From Bigelowiella natans CCMP2755 (taxonomy: Eukaryota > Protista > Cercozoa), in assembly GCA_000320545.1 (NCBI GenBank), contig ADNK01002290.1:124001-188000 (forward strand): a stretch of 64,000 nt of DNA, written 5' to 3'. Positions 46,283-60,246 of the stretch are shown here, in pieces. Within the stretch, counting starts at the first letter, position 1. Each line of letters opens with the position of its first letter. The notes under the pieces are model-generated. The model did not search any database and was not told where the DNA came from. It saw only the letters and a program-made list of their open reading frames with translations. Made by a program: the position numbers and the translations under genes.

Positions 46283-47445
46283 TTAATGTGGACATGGATT
46301 TGCAGGATGAGTAGGATTGTGAGCGTTACAATCTCCCAAGTACTTGCATCCCGCAAAATCTTTACAGTTTCCCAGATTAGTTCGTTCCTTTCTTTCTTGT
46401 AGGGTCAGGCACCAAAATCCTGTCAATGGTTTTCTCATTTTTAATTTTGATATTAAGATCTTGATATGGATTTTTTGAAAATTTAAAATCTTTGTTATGC
46501 AATAATTATTGTTCCAAATTTATTTCTTTTGATCTTGCATGTCAATCAATGGGCCATTTCTTTCATATCTCACTAAGTGAATACCCATTGCATTGGTGGC
46601 ATAGAAATTTGGGCAACGCCCGCATTGTCTACAATCCTCTCCCATAGCAGTTGTGGCGTTGTAGCCGAGGTATGACATCATGTAGCTGCCGATGAATTCT
46701 CCAGTGCGGTCACATCCAGCATTACAATGGACGTAGAAAACCGTGCTTACCTTACATTTATGTATGTCAAAATTGGACATTGGGATATTACTCACATCTT
46801 AAAATATGTTCCAAAAATATGTGGGAAAAGATGAATTCGTACGTCCGTTATGTTCTTCAGCATGCCGTTCAGCATTTTCATTCTCGAATCCAAGTCATCC
46901 GCATTGCCTCTGACTGCCCAGCTGCCAGACCTTACCACTTCTTTCTCGAAGGGCGTGTGTTTGACGTCCAAGATGGTGCCCAATGTCGGCCAGCTGAACA
47001 CCTCGCCAAGTTCAGGATGATTCTTCCAAAAATCTAACTCTGTCTTTTGCCCAGGATCGCTTAAGTTCTCAAGATCGATGTCTACCACACGGAACTTTTC
47101 TGGCAGCGTAACTCCGCTATGGCATAGAAAATAGCATAAGAATAAGGGTGATGTGTGTGTATATACGTGTTGATCTGAGAACATGTGTACAGGGACTTCG
47201 TCAACATCAAGCTGGACATGATGTTACCATTCAGTTGATGCGGATGCACGTACGGTGTCCAAGAGTTTATCAAAGGCAAACTGGCCATCTTCCACGGGGT
47301 TGTTTCCTCGAAAAATGTAATTTCGCACGATGTTTGGGCTGGCATTCAACGATTGACGAGGGAACATATCCACCAAATGGACGCGTTTGGGATCTATTCC
47401 CAGACAGGGAGCTGCTAATATTCCAAGAACTGCAACGCATAGCAT
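46283..47445 (-). CDS. Signal-peptide-bearing protein tyrosine/dual-specificity phosphatase-like protein
   Basis: VFYVHCNAGCDRTG (HCx5R motif), N-terminal MLCVAVLGILAAPCLG signal-like peptide, NYIFRGNNP, and a Cys-rich C-terminus ending ...ANPCPH*. Confidence 0.8.
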
Positions 47446-48101
47446 GGCCTAGGGAGATGAAAAACAAGACTCAATTCGAGTAAAAGGATGGAGATGATGA
47501 TAGTGCCAGTTCGTGTACCAGAGAAAGTCAAACATATTGGCACCCACATCCTCTTCCCTTCTTAAAATGCTCTCAATATGCCCTACGTATTCGCCCTCAT
47601 CCCTCCTCCCCCATTCCCCTCCCATCACGCTCACGCCCGCACCCTGAAGCCTTAGTTCCCAACAACTACCATGTCGGCCTTCATTCAGTGCCTTTACCTC
47701 CGAAAACTCCCGGCAATTACACCCCTGCGACAAGGAAATCCATCCTATTTCAGTTCAAAGAACTACGGCACGTGAAGGATTTCGGGAGAAATTGTGTGTT
47801 GAATCCCGGTAATTGTGTGTTGAATCCCGGCATCGGTGCAAGTAGACCTGGCAGATTGAGTACGGTAGATAGGTCGGCAAGCTCAAGGAGGTGGAAGGGG
47901 GACGAAGCGGAGAAAGAAAGAAAGAAAGAAGTAGCAGGGTGGGAAGAAAGGACACCAACGTCGTCCAGCAGTGAGGGTTCTTTGAAGAAACTACAGCTAC
48001 TCTACTACTACATACTACCTCTACTACTACCACAGACGAGGAGGCCTAATACGTACTATGACTCAACCTCTCGCAGATACACATCAAATTCTCTATGAAT
48101 A

Positions 48102-48481
48102 ATGAGGAGCATGGCCGCTAGTATTCAAGGCAGATGTGGAATTGCTGGGATGATTTTGCTGGTAGCAAATGCGTTGTTATTCTGCCAGTTATCGTGGCAT
48201 GCAGATAGTAGATCGGTTGAGCATCGCTCACAGGTGGTTAATCTCGGAAATGGGCTCGTGAAATTGTCAAATACCCGCATCAATGTTAAATGGCAGATTC
48301 AGAAGCATTCCAGCCGACGAGTGATATGCACGTCATCGGGCAGTAAAAGGAGGGCTGGGACAAAAACTTACGCCGTTCGGAGAAAACGCGTCTTCGAGCC
48401 TGGTCAAGGGGTAATGATTCTAAGCAATCCCTTCTTACTGTTGTCCGTCTCTGTGTGGGTTTGATACCGCTATGATTGTGA

Positions 48482-48529
<48 letters not shown>

Positions 48530-49213
48530 ATATGAGTTTTATTCGTAGTAGCCGTGTGTCGTCGTACATACACAATATGTGTGTATGTGTTTAACTGTGC
48601 ACATAGATACTCATAATCAAACGTGAAGCATGTAGTGAAAACTATTTAACGGTAGAACATGTCGCTTTCTGCTGTGTTCTCGTTTGGTCAAGGTTGTGAT
48701 TCGTGGACTGACAAACAGTACGAAGTTCAATGGCAAGTAATGCTGCGTATGTTATTCGTACCACTCAATCCAACAGCATTCCATTATCATCACCGCCGTC
48801 ATCATCGTGCTTCACATCTCCTGGGAGTGGTAGTATAGCTCTACATGTTCTGTTTATTGATAGCTGTTGTTCTTCTGTACTCCGCAACCCCCCTTTTCAT
48901 TAGGACTGGCGTAGTTAAGGACACGACCGAGAAGGGGGTCGGTGATACTTACGTAGCAGTCAATTCAAATGAATTGATGAGTATGACAGAGCATACATTA
49001 GCTTTGAATACAACTCCATTCATACTCTATTAATGTATACAGTAGCAGTAGTAGCAGCAGTAGCAGCAGCGGAAGTTCTTACCCCCCCCCCCCAAAACAA
49101 CCGATGAATCTTCTTCTCTTCACTCTTCTCTCAATACGCCACTAGATTCTTGTAGAGTTGCCGAGCCATCCAAAGCCTCTCCTAGTACCTTCAAGCAAAC
49201 TACGGAAGGTACC

Positions 49214-49251
<38 letters not shown>

Positions 49252-49418
49252 TTGATATGCATCCTCGCTTGGGTGATGTTGGTATTGCGATTAGTGTCAA
49301 AGATGGCTTGACCCTAAGACTCATGAGGCGAGCAACCCGAACAACACATACCCACCCCCTCCAGATGTGATAGATGTTGTCTACTCAGCGGTACGGCACA
49401 AGATATAAGTATTCTACG

Positions 49419-49456
<38 letters not shown>

Positions 49457-50141
49457 TTGTACTCAGCATGCCATTTTAATATTTTGCTTCGTCTATAATT
49501 AGGTGTTACTAATACCCGGCCTACACACCCCCCCACTCCCCGCCAAACCTAACACTCCAAATGTACCACCAGAAAGGTGCCAGCGAGGCAGCAGACGATG
49601 AGAATACTCGTTTTTGATGATGACGATAGTAAATGTGATTAACTATTAATGGTTGTGTTTAATAAAGACGGAATGTCAGTAATTGATGTACTGCCGACTA
49701 AAAAGACTTGTTCTGTCTTCTCCTTTTGATGATAGTCTTATAGTTGTTTATCATCGTATTCACTATATAAATCTTCCGTCTTTTAACTGCTTAGATTCTG
49801 GGTCTCACAAATTCCTAAGGAGGAGGTGGTGTATATATCAAGGAGAAAGGAAGAAGAAGAAGAAGAAAAAGAAGGAGGGAGGGGGGGAAGCAAAGGAGAT
49901 ATTACTATCAAAAATCAAAACAGCATCAACATCCTTCTTCTCCCTTATTTGTTTTCATCAGAATGGCGGTTCGGTGGATATATTCTTCTCTGGATACAAC
50001 AAACTTACTTTGCACGGGCAAGCTCAATGCGGGTACTGATTACTGCAGTATTACTCTCTTTTTATTCAACATAATCAATTACAAAGCATCTCACTGCCTC
50101 CCCTCCCCCCCCCCCTTGTAGTACCAATTGCCCGCTAACCT

Positions 50142-50172
<31 letters not shown>

Positions 50173-50727
50173 CCATGCTCCAAGCATCATGCACCATCAC
50201 TTACAGCTACACGCCTCATATATGATCCAAATAGTCTTGATAACTTGCTATCCTTAGGCAATTGGGGGTTGAAATGCGCTCACGATTTGTAGATGATCTT
50301 GAGCTACTCCCCGAGGACATCTTAGCATCGTCATCATCGTCATCATCACCAATAGAAGTCAAAGTGCCTCCTGGTAAGATAGAGGGGTAGCTGTATTTAT
50401 TTGCCCTCTAATGTTGTTAATACACTTGGCGAGGGTTGTAACATGGGTTCATTGCCCTTAGATTACTCCTATTCCTTCTAGGTGCTTTGGAGACTTCATC
50501 GGCTAAAGCATTCTTATCAGGCCTGCTTGACTTAGACATGGATGCTACTACGACAACAACTGCTGATTACGATCACGATCATGAGGCCAATGATGATGAT
50601 GGCGCAGCTGGTGGTGTCGGTCTCCAAACACGAAAGGAGCAAGAAGCAAGAGGAAGCAGCGGCGTTGACTTAAGCAAATTAATTCGAATCGAGTCACCTA
50701 TCAGAGGATTTAAGATGCCGACGTACG

Positions 50728-50771
<44 letters not shown>

Positions 50772-50840
50772 TGTGTGTGTGTGTTTTGTGTGTGTGTGTC
50801 CATATCTTACATATGTATTCACTGCGGCCATTATCGTCGT

Positions 50841-50920
<80 letters not shown>

Positions 50921-51685
50921 ATAATTAAATATCGATGGAGATACGGGTGATTGTAGCTTCTTGTTTCATTCAACAACATATATTGATTATACCCTTACCA
51001 ATGTTTGAATAATGATATTACAACTAATACCAGAGGAGATGACAGCCCCCGTCTGGAACAACTGTTGGTGCAGTTTGATAACGGGGCGCTACCTGAGCAG
51101 CCTTCACTTGCCAATCTAGTAAGAAAGTGAAAGAAGAGAATGAAGAGAAGGAGTTTAGGATGATGGTGGTGGTGGTGGTGATAACAATGATGATGATGAT
51201 GATGACTCAGGTTGCTATGATTAATGGTGCTGGTGACAACGGGGAAACAATCAAAATAATGACTTTGAATAACACCGTAGGAGGCATTGCTACCTTCTTG
51301 CTGCTCTCGTAATGTCTTCTTCTTGTCTTACCCTCCTTACCCCCCTCCTTCTTTGACAATAATACAGGTAGCGACGCGAATTAAGCCAGCCGCTCTTTCG
51401 AGAAGAAGGCGAGAGGAAAAACCAGAGAAGAAGCTTGTGAGGACACCGACATTCAATCACAAAACAGATGGGAATGCTACGATTGAAAGCGGGTTGTCCG
51501 AGAAGAAGAAGAAGAAGATGATGATGATGATGATGATGATGGTGATCATGGTGGTGATATATACGGGGTTAGATAGAATGCGAACAGGAACAAATATAAC
51601 TTCAATGCCCTTACTCGTGCATGTTAGTGTCTGTAGGCCCTTTATTGTAGTTTCCAATGTGGGCTGCGAACTAAGTAATGACGCC

Positions 51686-51728
<43 letters not shown>

Positions 51729-52371
51729 AGCACAATCATCATCACCACAATCCTTAGAATCGGAGCAGACGTATGGAACAATGTCCTAGCAGAGATTCGG
51801 GCCCATTTCCTATACGGACTGGTATGATCGACATGGCTGCTGCTGCTGCTGTTGTAGCTGCTCCTGTGACCATTTTGACGATCATGGAGATGATGAAGAA
51901 GAAGAAGAACACCACATAGCATTATCAATATTAACATAAGCGAAGTAGTATATAGTAGCATATAAGGGCTAGTGGTGCATGATTGCGAATAAGCAGCGAT
52001 TAATATTTCCTACGGGAATGAGTCCCCAGGCACTGAATACGATGATGATGAAGATGAGGATTATCGATTGTGTATCAGCCAACAAATACTCTGCACCTTG
52101 CAGTTTGGAGGAGTTCATTATCATCATCCTATCAACAATAATTACGCACTCATAATCCCACAACGCAACTCTACAGCCTTTTCCTTGGAACTTGAATGAC
52201 GACGCCATAGAGACTATGCACAGGTAAGCTGCTACTGTATACAACACCTACTCATTTAAGGAGGAGGTTGAGAAGGAGTACAATGCGTTTCTTATCATCA
52301 ATGAGAAGCTAGTAGTAGTAGTAACAGTAGTAGTCGTTTCTATGGCAAAATATTGTCCTTTGCTGTTACTA

Positions 52372-52439
<68 letters not shown>

Positions 52440-54392
52440 TGTGTGCTAAAGTTGTCTCCTTCCTCCAACAAGCCAAGCTCTTTATTCTTACTATTCTCCA
52501 AAAACAGACACCGATTGAACATGACCAGGAAAGCTCTCACCAACGACGAATACAGGTAGACAGTAGTACCGGCGGTAGCATGATGATGATGAGGAGGAGG
52601 AGGAGGAGGAGGAGGAGGGAGATCAATGGGAATATCGTCATATTACACCAGATTTTTTTATTAAAATCCTCTCATCGGTAACTATTGACGATTTTCGTTG
52701 TTTTTGGTCACATCTTTACTGATGCCATGTTCAGCCATTCTTCCTTCTTCTCATCGCCTTTCTTCCTCTTCCTCCTCCTCCTCCTTTCCCGAATCATCTT
52801 CTTCTTAGGAGGATCGTTGCTGGGCCTATGCTTCATACTCTTATCGAAGAAATAGGAGATGTAATGAGAAGTAGATTCATGGATGGTTGGGCAGGAGGGA
52901 GAAGGAGAGAATGGTGAAATTGAATAAGAAATTATGGCAAAAGGATTCAGAATGCTACCATCTATCCGTGCTGATCATTAGTTAATTGCGGCTTGTTGCG
53001 TTTCCTCTCCCTGGTGGTAAGTACATGATTTGGCTGCATGATACAGCTATTATGATTATCATTATCATTATTATCATTATTATTATTATTATTATTATCG
53101 TACCAAATACCTCACAGCATACTAATAAATGCAATACAGGTATTGTTCTATGGCCTCGAACGCAATTTAACAGTTTACGTCATTGATGAGGTAGTCATAG
53201 CAATTTGCACCAACATCTTCATCATCACCAACCCTGTCTTTGTCATCAACCTAGGGAGTAATGCACGCGCTAGTCGCATCTTTCTCCAGGAAACTAAGGT
53301 CAGGTTTCTTGCTTGTGCTTCATGCGCTCGAGAGGGTGATAGAGGGTGATCTTGTTTCCACCAAACTGGCCTGATGATTTTCGAATCTCCTTCTGTTTAT
53401 GGGTGATGATGGTGATGATGACGATTGATTCTTCTGAACAAATTAAAAAAGATCAGGATGGCCTGCCCCTTGTTCCCATCTGGTTTTAGAGGTACTGCTA
53501 GTAGCACTAGCAGTGCTTGTAGCTCAATGTATAATTCATCTCTGAGAAGAAGATGTAAGGAGGCTGCGAATGTAGCAGCCAAAGTACAAAGTGATACGTG
53601 ATTAATTTATATATGTCACCTGTCCTGGTGTGTATTGGTATTAGATAGGGAAAGATAAAAGGCAGACCGCTGAGAACCAAGGTAAATCATGGTCACGCAA
53701 TAGTATTGACAACAATGACAACAACAATAACAGCCCTAAAAATAGATGAATGATTGGCTACCACGAAGTCGTTGAGGATATTGTTAGATGCTGCTGCTAG
53801 CGATATCAATATCATGTGATTTGTCCTCTTCAAATTGATTACTATCGCTTCTCTCATCTTGCGTATTTACTGTGTACTCTCGGATTAGTGCTCATTTGAC
53901 AAAGCACCACCTATCCAGCCTCTTTTTGTGTGTGAGAGATTATTTCGATGTATGCATCAGTGTCATCTTTTATTTGATGTGAGGGGTTGTTCGTCGTATC
54001 GATTATAAACCTTGATAATCACCGCAGCAAGGGAACGGCATGTCGCAAGGATAATGTTCAACAACCAAGTGAGTTGCAGTCTAAAATTGAAACAGAAGAG
54101 CATTCATGTAGAAAATGTCAAATTGATGATGATGATGCTGGTGACAACGGTAAGATGATGATAATGAGGATAAAGGCTTTATGTGCTCATTGTTTAAAGA
54201 CCAAGTTATAGGAATATATAATGTTCTTAATTAGTCTTTTTGTAGGAATTTGCTCTAGGTGAGGGTAGTGCTTGGATCCCTTTCACAGATTTGATAGGTT
54301 AAACTATATCCAATTGAGAAGAGAGCTTTCTATATACAATTTTGTAAATATTATAGTTTTGACGTATATTATTTTGTAAATATACGAATTTG

Positions 54393-54438
<46 letters not shown>

Positions 54439-55290
54439 TTAAGTAGGTATGTTAATCTCTGCTGTATAGCTTCATTGCATTTCGGATTTGGAAGACAATG
54501 TTACCGTCTTGCTCATCATTCCAATGGTGATATTAATACAACAGGTCGTATCTCTCAATCGGTTCTTCAACCTGAAGAACAAGCGGAGGCTTTTGCATAC
54601 CGTACCCACCCTGCTACTACTGGCGAGGATATTTCTCAGGACTCGATGACGATGAAAGCGATGACTCCAAGAGAGGGAGGAGGGGCACTACAGAAAAACT
54701 TTGGTGAAGATGCCGAAGACGGCTACAAGGGAACTGAAGAAATCTTAAACGATGATCTACACAAATGGCTCGATGATGCAGGTAACAATGCAGTTGAGAG
54801 CACATAGGAGAGTTCGTGCAAGTTGTAAGGAATTGAATACTTATTTCTCCGCCATTGTACTACCATGGGGCAAACATGAGATATTATGCCAAATTATGTA
54901 GGTGTGCCGCATCTATACCAAAAATTCAGATCCGGTAACTTAAACACTCACACAAATTTCTATGTTGAAATACTAACTTCTCGTTCGTTGTTATTGTCCA
55001 TCTTTGTACGCGAATGCACAGCTGGTGTATCAAGCGTATCACAAGCTCGAAAAGCTGTTTTGCAGGACATAAGAAATTTTTCGGAGGAAATATCCCTGGA
55101 GGTAGTCTGTATGTACGCAAATATTCGTTGGACATTGAAAGAACAACAAGTGCTGTCCATGTATAAACTTTCTTGATCAACAAAAAAATAGATCGGGGAG
55201 CGATTAAAGTTACTTCAATTTGCGTCGAGGGAACAAGAGGACGAAGAAAGGAGGAGGAGGCGAAAAGAGGATGCTGAGGGCGAAGAGTAA
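48102..55290 (+). CDS. Putative plastid-targeted multidomain protein: SH3/KOW-like domain + degenerate clade-2 histidine phosphatase + SAM-like domain
   Basis: Leader MRSMAAS...GMILLVANALLFC; FEPGQG-VVIRGLTNSTKFNGK-TGVV...ILVEL...LLVPSSKL; YPPPPDVIDVVYSA-VLLIPGLHTP; GKLNA...RQLGVEMRSRFVDDLELLP; LETSSAKAFLSGL; RIVAGPMLHTLIEEI; NLTVYVIDE-GVMHALVASF; C-terminal LHKWLDDA-GVPHLYQKFRS-AGV...ISLE-IGERLKLL. Continuity as a single gene is inferred. Confidence 0.55.
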
Positions 55291-56097
55291 ATAAATCAGT
55301 AGTTTCGTGTGCACCACGCACTCAGCACTGCTAGATGACTTGTCGCCCAGGCTGTAGTTATTAGTGGAACATGTGCATGTCTAGCTAGCTAGATGTAAAT
55401 TATGCTGCATAGAATTACACCCGCTAAACCAATGTACATGCATGCAGCACTTTGTTCACTATGCAGGTTCTATATAGATCATCACAATATAGTAGTCGCC
55501 AAGTGAGCTGAAGGAGGAAGTGACAGAATAATTACTATAGAACTTTCATTGACAAGGCGCGCACTAGCTAGCTAGCGAGTCTGGCTAGCTGGCCTGCTAG
55601 CCTGAGTTGCTAGCTGCGCATATACACATTTCCATGAAACGTAAACACGTACGTACGCCGCAGCGAAAATTGTGAAAATGGCATCATATAGCTAGCCAGA
55701 CGCAGCCGCACCATACGATTTGAATACCACATGAAATGATAAATAAGAAAATTGTAAGCTGTCTAGGACTGCAATAGCTACCTAGTGTAATTTTAGAATT
55801 AGACGATATCCAGGACATGTGTCTAGACTGCTTGTGTGCTTGCGTAGGTGTGTGCGTATCTGGGCATGTAGGCACAGCTAGAGTTTATACATCTCAATCT
55901 TCGACATAGCTAGATAGTAGCTTGACATCATAGCGATTTGTAATGAGCGCTAGTGCTAGAGCTCGCATCAGCAGCATTATGTGCCCGTAGAAACGTCAAC
56001 AAACTCCTGCAGACAAACTAGCAAATTCCATGGTTAAATGTATGCTTACATGGCATCCTTATCTTTTTTAAATCAAAATCCACATGATGTCAAACTC
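55291..56097. terminator. Convergent interval with GCTAGC-rich tract
   Basis: ctagctagctagatg, catgcatgca, ctagctagctagcgag...gctagc; between the phosphatase-like and GH78 stops. Confidence 0.45.
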
Positions 56098-59000
56098 TTA
56101 ATTTGATACAGGTTGCTGAGACAAACTAAAATTGAATTTTCCAGATGAAACGATGAAATCCAAGGTGTAAGATTCGAAGTTGAATGATAGGCTATCAAGT
56201 CCTGGGAGGGGCGCATGTGGAAGATCCATAGAATCCCTGTCAACTGTGCCTTCAAAGATCACATTTTCGCTTTCAACTATTCTAAGACGCTTAGCCCTGT
56301 GGTGCTTCGTTTGGAGGAGGGGCATCGTGATATTTGCGTATGAACCTGGCAGTAAGTAACAAAGTCGTTTGTTCATATTCGCTACATATCCTGCCTTATA
56401 ATCTGCCTTGCGGCGCGTGCGTGCAGGGGGAAGTGTTGGTTGCTTTTGCAGGGTACTGATCATCATCATTCATGATTTTGGCAACTACTACCAGTTGGAA
56501 GAGTGACGGTGAAGTGAGATGAGGAAGGAGGATCATCATCAGGAATGACCCCATCAAAGCTTGGAGCTGACCAACAAAACTCAAAGGGGCCAAATGCATT
56601 CTTGGATTTCGAGCAGGCATGGGTCAAATTGTTGATAACTCCCTGCACAGCAAGTTGCAGCGGCTTTTGTTGTGAATAGCCAAAGCCATGTTCCTGGTTA
56701 CCAACAACTCCAGCTAGTTCGTACAGGTACGTGCCCAGAGTTGAGTACCTGGTGATGGTGGTGGTGATAATGATGATTGATGATGATGAAGAAGAAGAAC
56801 CAACATACATAAAGACTTCCACTGTATTGTTATTAACATTATGGTCTAATCTCTCTTTTGGGTGATGACCATCTTCAATCCTTCAACTCTCCTAACTGGG
56901 GAGAGGAGACTCACATGTGATGTTGTCGGGAGTTCCCAGTCGCATCTTGGTGAATTGCATCCCAAACTTCCCACAAGTTGGTGCTTGCTGGTTCAAAGTC
57001 GTTGAGAAGCATAAAGCCGACCGATGGATTTGGGGTACTTTTCAGCAAGGAGTAGGCGGTATCCGCATGCCCACTTTTCGTCAAACTTTGTAAGATATAC
57101 TTAAATCCATACATCCCTACCGTCCAGTTGCCTATGTTAAGCAGAGTTGATGATGGTGGGAGGAGGAGGGGGGGGGGGGATATTGTGATGATGATGATAA
57201 TGGTGATGATAATGATGATGTAAAAGTAAGACGATCATTAGACATAGTAGCAGCAAGCTTATTAGTGAGGCGTTGTTGTCACCGTCTCATTATAGCTGGT
57301 TGCCTATGTACTTTGTTTGAGGGTAGCTACTACGTATCTAGTTACTACTGCATGATTGACTTGACTGACTGACTGACTGACTGACTAATAACAATAGCAC
57401 CTTGGTCCTCCCCGTCAGCTTGCAGCCTGTGATTAAGGAAATCTCCCACATCTGCCGCTTCATCTTCATTCAGGATGTTGAGTCGAAGTGCCAATGCGAG
57501 CTCTGTTTGCGAGCCGAACTCAAAAGAATGCTGATCTTCGTGGTAGTACACCTGGAGAAACTCTCTGGAAATATCGCTCGCATTCTTAGCATACAGCTTG
57601 GCGAGGTGCGCATCACCGGCACTTTCCGCCATTTCCGATGCTTGTTGTAGAGTCAATATCCAGTTGAAGGCGGACACGAAGGTGTGCGGTGGCCTGTCAG
57701 TTTCATTTGCCACTTCCTGTGTGTGATGGATGTATGTTTGCATTTGAGGACGAAGAAGAAGAAGAAGAAGAAGAAGAAGAAGATGAAGAGGAGCACAGGA
57801 TGAAATGACATTATGTTTCACTTTGGATTGTTATGAAGCGCTACCAACACGCACCCACACCCACACCCACACAAACACATGATGGACAAAATGGGAGGAC
57901 ACGAGGGAGTCATCGTATGATGAATTGACCCATTCGCCATAGGTGCCCCATAGGTCTCCAGTCGCAACCATCATCGCCAATCGGCCTCTTTCCTCATACT
58001 GCCTGAACATGTTGTCCAGGTACAGCTTCACGCTGTCCCGATGTTTCTTGTACGGCTCGAGGTTTCCGGAGATGTGAAACCGCGAGAAGAGAACAAAGAT
58101 GAACGCAGAGCTCCAACTGGGGTCAGCTTGCTGATTTCCGTATCGGTAAAACGGCACTACGTCAGGGATGGTACCGTTGGAGAGCATGTCGTCCTCAATC
58201 AGATCCAAGAAACCATCGTGGAAGGGAGCAATATCGTACACCATAGCCGAGATGTCCGCACTACTGCCCGTATCACTGATTTGGTCATGAATGATTATTA
58301 GGAGGTGGTGGTGGATATATGCTGCTTTAGAATGGAACTAACATCACACCATTATCACAACTCATGCACGATTTTAAAGGGAAAATTGGCTGTTAAACAT
58401 CTTCTCTCTTCCTCTTCTTCTTCCTCCTCCTCCTCTGCTGCTACGACTACTTTTACTACTACTACTACTACTGCAGCTGCTGCCAATACTACTACTACTA
58501 CTACTAATCGTGGGAGTACCCCATCCATCCAAGCCGTTCGTCCCTTTGAGGGCAGTCAGTTGGCACAGACATGATATTTGAGTCAAGTGACCCTACAACC
58601 ATCTTCCAATACGAGTTTATCATATCGTCAGAGGTCTGTATGTGCCCATGCTGCTCCACATCTGTGCGGAAGTGAATCATCTCGATTTGAGGGGGGTTAG
58701 CGCATTGCGTCCACCACATTGGCTTGCCAAAGAAGTCGTCGTCATCAGCATCACCAGCGGCATTGACACCACCACCACCAACACCGCAGGGCCAGCCGAT
58801 GAGCTCAAGATGCCTAAACCCGTGATAAGTAAACGATGGCTGCCAGAACTGCCCTTCCTCTTCTTCATCGCCATTGAAGATGTACACGTCGGTAGCTTTA
58901 GCAGAGCGCAGGTTTTCGTAGTAGAGGTATTTGCCATCTTGGCCATAGTATCCGTATGGCTCGTGCATAACGACCTCGGCATGCCTCAGGGTGATATTGC

Positions 59001-60210
59001 TGCCCTTCTCACCTGTTACATACACCAGCAGTTAGGAATCATTCATTCAATCATCATCTTCACTGGTAGTCCTCATCAGGAACAACGCCACTGAAGAGAC
59101 TTGTTTGTTTCTTCTTTTGGTAAATGATTGGTCCTCTCGTGTATGGTAAATTGTGGAACTAGTATCACTACGTGTTGCTCACCTTTTGGCAGCTTAACTC
59201 TGCACACGCCTGCTCTGTTTTTCCAGAAATCAATGAGAAAGTGTCCTTTCTTACCATCGTCGCTCATCTCAACCAACTTGATGCTATAGGGCCTCACGCT
59301 CTCCTGGACACGAATGGGCGGTATCGGCTGTGCTACCAATTTTGTGGTCTTGGCCCAGGTTTCGTAACTGATATCGGCGACTGTTGTCCAGTCGCTTGCT
59401 GAGGCCTGGTATTCTGGAGTGGAAAATCCTGCAATTTTCACTGCTTCTCGTGCATCGTATGTCTCGCCATTGAATATCGAGTCATTAAGTACGGGACCTT
59501 AGGGAAGAGAGAGAGAACACGCTTCTTTAATTATTTGAAAACCGCCGATGATGGTAAAACAACATTTGGAAGAAAGGAGAGAAAAACTAGTTATTTGAAG
59601 TACCCACAACCACCACTTCTACTTCTACTACTACTACTACTACCACTACTACTACAATCATTATCTCCCAGTTAGAAAGGAAAAACCTAAGGTTCCTTCC
59701 CACGTGTCCTTGTTTGTATAAGCAACAGTGTGCCACTTGCCATCAGTAGTTTGTAGGTTGATTAGCATCCTAACCGTCCGTTGGGTCCACGAAGGATTTA
59801 CGGCAAAGAACCCGTCGCTTAGGTTGCCTCTTCCAGGGGTAATTTGTTCAATGTTTGCACGCGCACGAAATCCTAGATCAATTCCTGTCCTTTCATCTTG
59901 TGCTTGAAACTTGGGTGGGAAAGCCACCGTATCTCGCCATCCTTGGCCTAAAATCATTAGCAGTCGCAAAAACGTCATTTTCTTCTTTTCCCTCCCCTCC
60001 CCTCCCCTCCCCTCCCCTGTAAAGGCAAGAACAAAGAAGACATATATAATATCTTCGTTATGCTTACCAAGAGTGGCCCCGACGACATTTTCCGATTTTT
60101 TAAGCAGTGGGAGAATTGAGTACGTTGCGTAGTAGCATCTCTTGTCATATCGTGTCCATCCCACACCTGAAGTATAAAACAATCTACATCACGAACTTTC
60201 GTCCGAGTAA

Positions 60211-60246
<36 letters not shown>

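Noticed and set aside
49374-49408. RYGTRY read as the histidine-phosphatase RHGxRxP motif
   Set aside because: That frame does not splice in phase with the flanking exons; the in-phase reading is DVVYSA-VLLIPGLHTP.
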